From: an uncultured virus (IMG/VR IMGVR_UViG_3300046691_000240)
Lineage: Duplodnaviria; Heunggongvirae; Uroviricota; Caudoviricetes
Reading direction: 5' to 3' (one strand)
IMG/VR virus record: IMGVR_UViG_3300046691_000240
DNA: 64,000 nt
The position numbers and the translations under genes were made by a program. Positions 56,335 through 64,000 of this stretch are shown here, in pieces (the first letter of the stretch is position 1; every line of letters starts with the position of its first letter). A model generated the notes under the pieces. It was not told the DNA's origin, did not search any database, and saw only the letters and a program-made list of their open reading frames with translations.

Positions 56335-56882
56335 TATGCGAGCCTCGAAACAGGGCGGATTTTCAAGGCGATCGGGAACTCGCACAGGCCGATGTACTTG
56401 GTCTGCGGGGTCATCTTCAGCCCCTCGCCGTCGATTTCTAAACCTTCGAGGATCACCTTGAAGCCCAGTGCGCAGGAGTACGTCGGGTACCACTCGACGT
56501 ACTGCCCCGCCGCAAGGTCCGGGGGGTTGAGGAAGAACGCGATCAGCAGCCGCAGCATCGGCATCGGCATCGACAGCCCCGCCTCGGGCAGCCAGGATTC
56601 TTTGACGACGACGTCGCGCAACGCCCCGGCCCACAGCGTGTTGGCGGTCGACGTGAGGGTTTTGGTGGCGGTCCAAGTCGGCGAGATGATCACGTCGCTG
56701 TCGAGGTTGGTCCACTCATGCGGCGGCAGGGTGTAGTCCAATGTGCCCAGCGTCGGGTGCACCAAGCGGCCATAGCCCCCCGCCGCGCCGGACCCTGCGG
56801 GAACCACAACGAGCTGCACCGTGTCGACGGCGATGGCCTGGTTGGCAACGGTGAAAAACGTGGAGGACGTTAGTGTCGGCAT
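56334..56882 (-). CDS. Distal-tail-like protein
   Basis: Position after the tape measure gene; 182 aa. Confidence 0.5.
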   Translation of the reverse strand: MPTLTSSTFFTVANQAIAVDTVQLVVVPAGSGAAGGYGRLVHPTLGTLDYTLPPHEWTNLDSDVIISPTWTATKTLTSTANTLWAGALRDVVVKESWLPEAGLSMPMPMLRLLIAFFLNPPDLAAGQYVEWYPTYSCALGFKVILEGLEIDGEGLKMTPQTKYIGLCEFPIALKIRPVSRLA

Positions 56883-56885
56883 GGC

Positions 56886-57104
56886 TCAGCTCGCATAGGT
56901 GACGGACACGGCGGGCGTGTCGCCGACCGTTCCGGGGTTGTATCGGGCCAGTGCTACCCCATTGGCGTCGGTGACTTCGCTGAGAATGCTCAAGGTGCCG
57001 GAGCCGGTCAGCGTCCAAGTGACCCTGCGGTTGACCGGCCCGCTGAATACCAGCAGGCAGCTCCCGTCGGCAGCAACGCTCTTGGAAGGCATGGCAGTGA
57101 TCAT
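56886..57104 (-). CDS. Small Ig-like virion protein
   Basis: AGGAG RBS; VTWTLTGSG..VTDANGVA. Confidence 0.6.
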   Translation of the reverse strand: MITAMPSKSVAADGSCLLVFSGPVNRRVTWTLTGSGTLSILSEVTDANGVALARYNPGTVGDTPAVSVTYAS

Positions 57105-60100
57105 CGCTTCGACAACTCCTCTATGACGTGCTGCTCAAGCCAGTCACCCATGCGCATGCGCATCTGCGCGGGGGTGACGTTGACCTGCGTCGACCCTGGA
57201 CCGCTGGGCCCCCGGGGCGCTCGGGCGCGCGTGGTGTCGGCGGGGTTGACGGCCGAGACCGACAGCGCCGCCTGGTCAGCGAGCACCGCGCCGGTGCGGG
57301 CCCGCAGCAGGCGGCCAGAGTTGACGCCCTGGACAAAGTCTTCCCCGAGCGCGGCGGTTGCCTTGGCGGTCAGGATGCTTTCGCCGTCCGACAGCATCAG
57401 GGGTTTGCGGCGCCCGTTCGCGCCTTGGACGTAGGCAGGGATCGAGTCGGAGGTGCCAGTGCCCGGACCCCGGATGACGCCCCCGCCTGCGAAGCCTTGG
57501 GCGCCTTTGTAGGTGGCGGAACCGCCGCCACCGCCGAACAGGCTGGCGACACTGGAGAAGATGCCCATCAACCCGCCGCCCAAACCGCTCCCACCGCCGC
57601 TGTTTGTGCCCTTGAGCAGGTCTTTGCCCAAGCCGATCATGCTGTTCACGACCTCATTGCTAAGGGTCTTGATCAGCGTGCGCACGACGTTTTTGCCGAG
57701 GTCCGCGAACACATCGCCTAACGCATCGGCGGCGCTTTTGCCTTCCAGCGCCACATCGGCAAGGGCGTCACCGAGGCCGTCGACGGCGTCAACGACTTCG
57801 TCATTGATGACCTCGCCGAAGTGTTCCAGCGAGTTTTGCGACTGCTCCAGCTTCAGCTGGATCAGCTTCGGATCAAACGCGCGATCCATCCCGCTCTGCC
57901 AAGTGCCTGCAACGCGCGAGATTTCCAGCTGCGTTACGCCCAGCTCCTTGTTCCACTCCTGTGTGGCGACGGTCAGGCTGCGTTGCTTCTCGCGAAGCAT
58001 GTCCAGCTTCTTCGCGACATCCTGGTCAACCGGCTTTTTCTCCGCGGTGTCCCGGGCCTGCTGGGCTTCCAAGTCGGCTATGGCGAGGTCGTTGGCGGAC
58101 ATTTCCGCGCCCGACGTGCTGAGCTGTGTCTGCAGCAGCTCTGCTTTATTGACCAGGTAGGACTTGCGCTGGGTCCGGGTGCCCGGCGCTACCCCGGCCG
58201 CATCGGCGGTGGCATCGAACTGGTTGTTCCCGGTGGTCAACGGGGTTTGAATCAGGATCTCGCGGTTTGCGTGGGCCTGATCCTCGCGTTTTAAAACGCC
58301 TTCCAGGTAGTCCGCCGTCTCGCGGAACGGCTTGAGGAAGCGTTGGCGTTCCTCCATTTCTGCATCAGACAGGTCGCTCTGGTCGCCCTTCAGCTTGTCG
58401 CGCGCGTTCAACGTGGCCAACAGGCCCTTGTTGGTGGCGTCGATTTGCTTAACCGCTTCGTCAATGGATGCCTGCGGGGTGGCGTCGGTCGCCGTGTCGA
58501 GTACCGTCTTGGCGCGCTTCTGCTCCAGCCGCAGCCGGTTTTCCTCGCGCTTGTTGTTGAGCAGGTTTTCTTCTTGATCGAGCTTGGCGACTTCCTTGAC
58601 ATGCTTTTCTTGCAGCCGGTTGCGCTCGTTCTCCAGCTCGACACGCTTTTGTTCGATCTGGAAGTTCTGCTCCGGCGAGTTGCGTTTGAAGTTGAGTTCG
58701 AGGTCGCTTTCCGCCTTTTTGATTTCTTCATTCAGCAGCGCTACGCGCGCAGCGGTTTCCTCGCCCTTCGCCTGCCGGGCCGCCCCAAACTGGTTACGTT
58801 GCTGGGCATCCGCGAATTTGTCGGCGGCCCGCCCGGCTTCGTTCGCAAGCCCGAGCTTGTACGAGGTTTCGTTTTTGACCCGTTCCTTGAGATTCGCCCG
58901 TTCGAGGGTGGACTCGTTGAACGTCTCGATCTCGCCCTTGACCATCTGGAAGGTCTGGGAGTTGCCCTGCGCTTCCTCGTCCGGCAGGGACTTGCCGATC
59001 AGGGACAGCAGGGTGGCCTTGTTCGGGTCCCCCACCGGGCGGCTTTCGATTTCCTTGCGGAAGTGCGGGTCGGCCAGCCCGACCGTCAACACTTCCTGGT
59101 TCGACTTGACCCGGTCGTCCGATTCCTTTTTCAGCTTTTCTTGCGTGGCCTTAACCTGCCTGTCTACGTCGCCGATGCCCTGCCCGAACAGCGTAGAAGC
59201 GCCGCTGCCCATGCCCTTGGCCGCTTCGGTCATGAGGTCGCGCAGGGTCTTGAAGTAGGTCAGCGCGGCTTCGTTGCTTTTGTCTTTCGCGAGCAGCAGG
59301 TTCGAGACTTCCGCCCGGAACTCCACCAGGCCAGAGTTGGTGTCGTTGGTTTCGGCCAGCAGCTTGGCCTTGGCCGCGAGCTGGCCCACTTGCTTGCGGG
59401 CCACCGTCTCGGCCGCCTCAACTTCAGGGTTGTTGAGAATCCGCTCGTTGAGGGTTTGGCCGAACCATTCGAGAACCTGAAGTTGAGCCGACGCGGTCAA
59501 CTTCGAGCTGCGGTTCACAATTTCCTGAACCTGCTGGTCGCTTTTGTACAGCTCTTGAATCGCCTTCGAGGTGAATTCTTCGGGCGTCTTCGGCGCTCGA
59601 TCACCCATCTCCCTGACTTGTTTGTTGGCCAAGACCAGCCGGTTCACGAGTTCCTTGCTGATCCCCGTGATGGCGCCACTCACGTCCTCGCGGGCGCTCT
59701 CCATGGCGAACATCATTTGGTCGAGGTCTTTCTTCGGCATGTCGGGGAATTGCTGCTCCAACGCCGTTCGACGCACCCGGCGCTGCGTTTCCGTCAGGCT
59801 GGTGTAACTGTCCAGAATGTCCGTCAGCGCCTTGTCCGTCAGCAGCATTTCAGGCCCGAACGTGTTCGAGACCATGGCGTTGAGGTTGTCGGCCGCTGCC
59901 GACGCATCGGCGATCCGCGAGGCAAGAGTGCCCGGGGCTTCGCCGTTGCGTGCCGCCTTGACGTTAAAGCCGATGGCTTCCTTGTTGTTTTCCTCCTGCG
60001 ACAGCTGTGCCCGGCTGATGATGCCATCGTCGCCGCGAATGTTGTCTCTGAGGTCAGCCTCTTTGCCCTGGAAGCGCTTGCCGTAGGTGAACGGGTTGAA

Positions 60101-63100
60101 CAGTTGGCCGAAGTCGACCACCGCATCCACGCTCTGCTGGAGCAGGGTGCGCGGTTCGGCTTTGATCCCGGCTTGCTTGCGTTCCTCGGGGGTGAGCCCG
60201 CGCGCCGCATTGCGCAGGTCCGTCAGCCGCTCCATGCGCTGGATTTCCTGATCGAGCGATTGAATCACCTCGGTCAGGAACCCCAGAATCCCTTCGGAGC
60301 GGCTGTAAGTGAAGCCGTTGATGGTGGAGATCAGGCGGGTGAAACTGGCGTTCAAGCCATCCATGGTGACGCGGGCGCCCTCGGCCGCTGCCCGGCCGAA
60401 GGTGATGCGGGTTTCGTTCTCCGAAAGTTCCTTGAGGTTCCCGATCATCGCCTTGATGGCGTTCGTCGAGCGCACGTCAAACGCCCGGCTCAGGACCATC
60501 TGGCCTTCATCGTTGAAGCCCAGACGCTTGAGTTCCGTCAGCGCCGCAACCAACGGGTTACGCGCCTTGGTGAACTGGAAGAACCGGGCCTTCACCGCCT
60601 CGGCGCCCATGGTCTCGCCCAGCTCGCGGTAGCGGGTCTGCAGGGCCTGCACCAGCTTGTCGTCAGGGGTGAAGATTTCCAGCATGCCTTGGCGCAAACC
60701 AGTGGCAGTTGTGGACGCCTTGAGGCCTGCGTTTCTCAGCGTGGCCACGGCCGCGAGGAATTGTTCGGAGGTCAAGCCGAAGGACTCGGCGGTCTGCGCG
60801 CCGAGGGACAGGATGGTCTTGAGGTCTTCGGCGGTCAGCTTGGAAATGTTGATCGCTTTCGCCAACTGGTTCGCGATCACGTCATCCGACAGGTTTTTGA
60901 ACACCGAACGGGTGGTGGACAACAGGTCGGAGGCGACCTCCAGATTGGACCCGGTGGCCGCCGCGAAGTTGGCCGTGGCCGCCAACGCCGAGTTCATTTC
61001 CTCCACGGACACCCCGGCCTGCGCCAGAATCTTGGCCGCTTTGGTCAGCTCGATCAGGGAGAACTTGCTGTTGCGTGCCACGTTGAGCACGGTCTGCCCG
61101 AGGCGGGCCATCTGCGAGTCAGTCGAGCCGGTGACCGCCTGGATGTCCAGCATCTCGGTCTGCAGTTCGACCACGCTCTGGGCCAGCGCCATGAACGCAG
61201 CGGCCAAGCCGTACAGGGCGGCATAGCCCACGGCGTACTTGAGGAACGAGCGCAGCGTGCTCTGCAGCAGGTTCATGCCTTGTTGGGCGGGTTTGGCGGC
61301 GCCCGTGAGGACGTCCAGGTCTGCCGCGAGTTTGCGCGCGCCGTCCCCGGCATCGCGAGCCGCCTGGTTGCCTTCACCATGGGCGTGAGTCAGTGCACGA
61401 GCTTGCTCGACCTGCTCGCGCAGGCGCGCGGCCACATACTTCTGCGCCTTGCGTGCACTCTCCTGGTCTAGGCTCTCCAGCCCGCCGTCGACTCGCCCGG
61501 CGTTCTCATAAATCTCGCGGCCCTTGGGGAACAGGGAACTGCGGATGGTGTCCGGGGTTCGCACCTTTTTCGGCAGGCTGGCCAGATCATCGAGGCGCTG
61601 GTTTACGTCGCCGATGGTCTTGGCGTACCGATCCGCATCGGCCTGCGCGTTCAGGAACTCCTGACTACCAACCTTCAGCGACTTGCTCGCGCTGTTCTGC
61701 TGTTTCTCCAGTTCCCGCAGTTCGCTGGAGGCATAGTTTTTCGCCTGGCGAAGGGCGCGGACATCGGTGAAGTTGCTGAAGTCGCCGTTGGCGCTGTCCA
61801 GCAGGCGCTTGCCATTGGCCATTTTGTCGGCGTTTCTGCGCCGCTGTTCTTCCGAAGCGCGCACCACATCCTGGTAGCTGTCCGCTTTGGTCTGTTGCTT
61901 GGTGGTCGCGCCCAGCGTGTCGACCCGGTCTTTCAGTTTGCCGTAGAAACTGGAGTGGCGCAGGGCCTCGGCGGCGGCTTGCCGGGACTGATCGCTGGTT
62001 TCGCCGAACGCCTTGGCATACGCGGTTTGCAGGCGTTTCAGGTCGTTCATTTCACCCTTGACGAAGCCCAGCGCCTTTTTGGCTTCGTCGAGGTTGGTGA
62101 ACCCCTCGGTGCTGAGACCCACGCCGCCGCCACGCTGCAGGGCTTTACGCCCGGCACGGTCAGACCGGCCACGCAGTATCCGCGCCTGCGCCACTTCGGC
62201 TTCGGTACGGGCGAGGGCTTCCGCCTTGGCGGCGTCCTTCTTGCTCAGCTTTTCACGGGCGCCTAGGGATTCTTGGCGCGCTCTCAGGCGGTCGACGGCC
62301 TGACTGGCGCCGTCCAGTTCGCGAAGCGTTTGCTTCGCGGTCTTCGAGTCCGCGCCGAAAATGTCCTCGGTCAGCTTGTGGATCTTTAAGCGGGTGTCGT
62401 ATTCCTTGCGGGCAAACTCCAGCCCCAACTTGGCGTTACGGGTGTTGGCAATCCCGTCGACGTTGCCGCGCTGCGCCATCTCGAAGTATTTCTTGCCCTC
62501 GGGATTTTTCAGGGCGGCACCCCGGGCATCCGTGGCCAAGTTCTGCAGCTTGGTGGCTTGTGTTTGCCGACGCTTGGCCGCCTGCACCTGCTGCCGCTCG
62601 GCCTTTGCGGCGGCTTGCTTGGCTTCCTGCGCGTCCTTTTTGTCCCGCGCCTCGATCACGGCCAGTTCTCTGGCGCGGGTATCCAGATCGGCGAAGGTGC
62701 GCGCCGCCAAGGCCTGCTTGCGCTCGGCGCGGAAAACCGCCGGCGAGTCCGGGCCGGAGCGGTCGCGCTCCAGCTGCACCGCCTTCTCGCTGGCGGTCAG
62801 CGCCGACGCAGCGTAGCCGCGGCCCTGCTTGGCTGCGGCCGAGGTGGTGATGTCGCCTGCGTTGCCCCGGGCAGCGGTCAGGAAGGCCTTACGGCCTTCC
62901 GGGCTCTGCGTGGCCTTGATCCGGCTGGCACGCTTGAGGGTTTCGGAGGTTCTCGCTTGCGTGGCCTGGTCGCGGACCAGTTTGTTTTCATCCCGCAGCT
63001 TCTTGGCCGCCGCTGCTGCGTTGGCTTTGTAGCTGGTGGTGACGCGGTCGATCATCGGCGAGACGTTGCGGGTGATGGCTTCAAGTTGCTTGAAGACCGA

Positions 63101-63478
63101 CTCCATGCCCCGCAGTTCGTTGATAAACGGCTGGCCCGCACCTTTGCCCGCAGTGCGCAGTTGCTTGGTCACGTCCACCAGGCCATCCCGGTAGACCTTG
63201 ACGTCCTCGAACGCCTTGCGCAGTTGGTGCCGTTGCCCGGCCGTCAGCGTTTCGGGGTCGAACCCTTTGGTGGCCGCGCGTTGCAGCAGGTCGCGTTGCT
63301 TCTTGAGGCGGTCGGCGACTACGCCCAAAGCCTCAGCCTGCTTGCGCAGGCCCGCGAAGTCATCGCCGGTGTTGACCTCCAGCGAGGCGAGCTTGCGCTT
63401 GACCTCTGCGTAGTCCTCCGCATTCAGCCGCAGGCCCGCATTGATCAGCGTCGTTAGGACAATGTCTGCTTCGGCCAT
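57101..63478 (-). CDS. Tail tape measure protein
   Basis: 2125-aa helical protein; TP901-like core (IQAVTGST..SKFSLIELTKAAKILAQAG); C-terminal FAGGG..GPGTGTSDSIPA..LSDGE. Confidence 0.92.
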   Translation of the reverse strand: MAEADIVLTTLINAGLRLNAEDYAEVKRKLASLEVNTGDDFAGLRKQAEALGVVADRLKKQRDLLQRAATKGFDPETLTAGQRHQLRKAFEDVKVYRDGLVDVTKQLRTAGKGAGQPFINELRGMESVFKQLEAITRNVSPMIDRVTTSYKANAAAAAKKLRDENKLVRDQATQARTSETLKRASRIKATQSPEGRKAFLTAARGNAGDITTSAAAKQGRGYAASALTASEKAVQLERDRSGPDSPAVFRAERKQALAARTFADLDTRARELAVIEARDKKDAQEAKQAAAKAERQQVQAAKRRQTQATKLQNLATDARGAALKNPEGKKYFEMAQRGNVDGIANTRNAKLGLEFARKEYDTRLKIHKLTEDIFGADSKTAKQTLRELDGASQAVDRLRARQESLGAREKLSKKDAAKAEALARTEAEVAQARILRGRSDRAGRKALQRGGGVGLSTEGFTNLDEAKKALGFVKGEMNDLKRLQTAYAKAFGETSDQSRQAAAEALRHSSFYGKLKDRVDTLGATTKQQTKADSYQDVVRASEEQRRRNADKMANGKRLLDSANGDFSNFTDVRALRQAKNYASSELRELEKQQNSASKSLKVGSQEFLNAQADADRYAKTIGDVNQRLDDLASLPKKVRTPDTIRSSLFPKGREIYENAGRVDGGLESLDQESARKAQKYVAARLREQVEQARALTHAHGEGNQAARDAGDGARKLAADLDVLTGAAKPAQQGMNLLQSTLRSFLKYAVGYAALYGLAAAFMALAQSVVELQTEMLDIQAVTGSTDSQMARLGQTVLNVARNSKFSLIELTKAAKILAQAGVSVEEMNSALAATANFAAATGSNLEVASDLLSTTRSVFKNLSDDVIANQLAKAINISKLTAEDLKTILSLGAQTAESFGLTSEQFLAAVATLRNAGLKASTTATGLRQGMLEIFTPDDKLVQALQTRYRELGETMGAEAVKARFFQFTKARNPLVAALTELKRLGFNDEGQMVLSRAFDVRSTNAIKAMIGNLKELSENETRITFGRAAAEGARVTMDGLNASFTRLISTINGFTYSRSEGILGFLTEVIQSLDQEIQRMERLTDLRNAARGLTPEERKQAGIKAEPRTLLQQSVDAVVDFGQLFNPFTYGKRFQGKEADLRDNIRGDDGIISRAQLSQEENNKEAIGFNVKAARNGEAPGTLASRIADASAAADNLNAMVSNTFGPEMLLTDKALTDILDSYTSLTETQRRVRRTALEQQFPDMPKKDLDQMMFAMESAREDVSGAITGISKELVNRLVLANKQVREMGDRAPKTPEEFTSKAIQELYKSDQQVQEIVNRSSKLTASAQLQVLEWFGQTLNERILNNPEVEAAETVARKQVGQLAAKAKLLAETNDTNSGLVEFRAEVSNLLLAKDKSNEAALTYFKTLRDLMTEAAKGMGSGASTLFGQGIGDVDRQVKATQEKLKKESDDRVKSNQEVLTVGLADPHFRKEIESRPVGDPNKATLLSLIGKSLPDEEAQGNSQTFQMVKGEIETFNESTLERANLKERVKNETSYKLGLANEAGRAADKFADAQQRNQFGAARQAKGEETAARVALLNEEIKKAESDLELNFKRNSPEQNFQIEQKRVELENERNRLQEKHVKEVAKLDQEENLLNNKREENRLRLEQKRAKTVLDTATDATPQASIDEAVKQIDATNKGLLATLNARDKLKGDQSDLSDAEMEERQRFLKPFRETADYLEGVLKREDQAHANREILIQTPLTTGNNQFDATADAAGVAPGTRTQRKSYLVNKAELLQTQLSTSGAEMSANDLAIADLEAQQARDTAEKKPVDQDVAKKLDMLREKQRSLTVATQEWNKELGVTQLEISRVAGTWQSGMDRAFDPKLIQLKLEQSQNSLEHFGEVINDEVVDAVDGLGDALADVALEGKSAADALGDVFADLGKNVVRTLIKTLSNEVVNSMIGLGKDLLKGTNSGGGSGLGGGLMGIFSSVASLFGGGGGSATYKGAQGFAGGGVIRGPGTGTSDSIPAYVQGANGRRKPLMLSDGESILTAKATAALGEDFVQGVNSGRLLRARTGAVLADQAALSVSAVNPADTTRARAPRGPSGPGSTQVNVTPAQMRMRMGDWLEQHVIEELSKR

Positions 63479-63481
63479 GGC

Positions 63482-64000
63482 TTAGAACCCCAACTTTTTC
63501 ATCTGCTCGATCATGGAATCCACCGACTGCTTGTCGGTCATGTCGATGGTGTGGACGTTGTCTGCCTGACCTTTCAGTTCGCCGCCGTTGCCGAGTAGAC
63601 AGGCCTCAAAGCGGCACCGCAGGTCCTGCCAGACGTGGGCAGTCTTGAGTTCGATCATGGCCTTGACCACGTCCATCTCGGTTTCGCAGTACAGGGTGTT
63701 CGCGCGCTGCACGTCGTAATCGGCCAACCACAGGCAGAGCTGGTCAGTCGTCAGGGCATTCAGCCATGCGGTGTACTTGGCGCCGTAGCCGTTGCTTTTT
63801 TGCCCGGCGGATTTGGTTTGTTCGGGGGCGGGGGGTGGTTCCATCAGGCGCTGTGCCATGGCCTCGATGTCGGGGCACGGCAGCTTGGCCTGCTCGGCAG
63901 CCAGTTCGATGGCCAAGCCAATCATCAGGTCCGGTTGTTGCGCGACAATCTCCCCCAGCACTTCCTTGAACAGCAGGGTGACCTTCGGCTTTTTCAGGCG
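63482..64000 (-). CDS. Tail assembly chaperone-like protein (5' partial)
   Basis: Directly upstream of the tape measure gene; frame open to the window edge. Confidence 0.55.
   Translation of the reverse strand, partial: RLKKPKVTLLFKEVLGEIVAQQPDLMIGLAIELAAEQAKLPCPDIEAMAQRLMEPPPAPEQTKSAGQKSNGYGAKYTAWLNALTTDQLCLWLADYDVQRANTLYCETEMDVVKAMIELKTAHVWQDLRCRFEACLLGNGGELKGQADNVHTIDMTDKQSVDSMIEQMKKLGF

Larger units (their letters stand above)
1..64000. mobile_element. Tailed phage, probable phage-plasmid (partial genome)
   Basis: Tape measure and tail genes plus a phage replication block, together with ParA/RHH partition genes, centromere-like arrays and a resolvase; no host housekeeping genes. Confidence 0.85.

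Noticed and set aside
56335..56715. N-terminal extension of ORF 55195-56715
   Set aside because: Overlaps another gene; the TAATG-coupled start at 56334 is more plausible
58343..61471. 1042-aa antisense ORF
   Set aside because: Shadow of the tape measure gene
63960..64000. Tail chaperone programmed frameshift
   Set aside because: GAAAAAG near the edge is not a canonical slippery heptamer and the upstream gene is outside the window

Overview
A GC-rich tailed-phage genome segment, probably siphovirus-like given the 2125-aa tape measure protein. It also carries plasmid maintenance functions: a small serine resolvase, a type Ib ParA/RHH partition pair flanked by 9-bp centromere-like arrays, and a candidate AT-rich origin. 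This points to a phage-plasmid, and MvaT- and AmrZ-like regulators suggest a Pseudomonadaceae host. Layout on the + strand: 1-3.4 kb control region; 3.4-16 kb array of about 27 small early genes (KlcA/ArdB, DUF932-, DUF3085-, YkgJ-like) joined by repeated C-rich/RBS spacers; par locus; a stand-alone fibre module (two small beta-rich proteins, a 964-aa protein with 8x20-aa and 24x22-aa repeats, and an adaptor); a C5 DNA methyltransferase split over two overlapping reading frames; host-regulator homologues; and a replication/recombination block (primase-helicase, SNF2, PolA, Dda-like helicase, resolvase-like nuclease, SbcCD, TraR-like). The - strand arm (45.8-64 kb) holds lysis-associated, tail fibre, tail tip and tape measure genes. 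No capsid, terminase, endolysin, integrase, tRNA or CRISPR array was seen. All family names come from recalled motifs, not from database searches. Start codons were adjusted by eye using RBS position.
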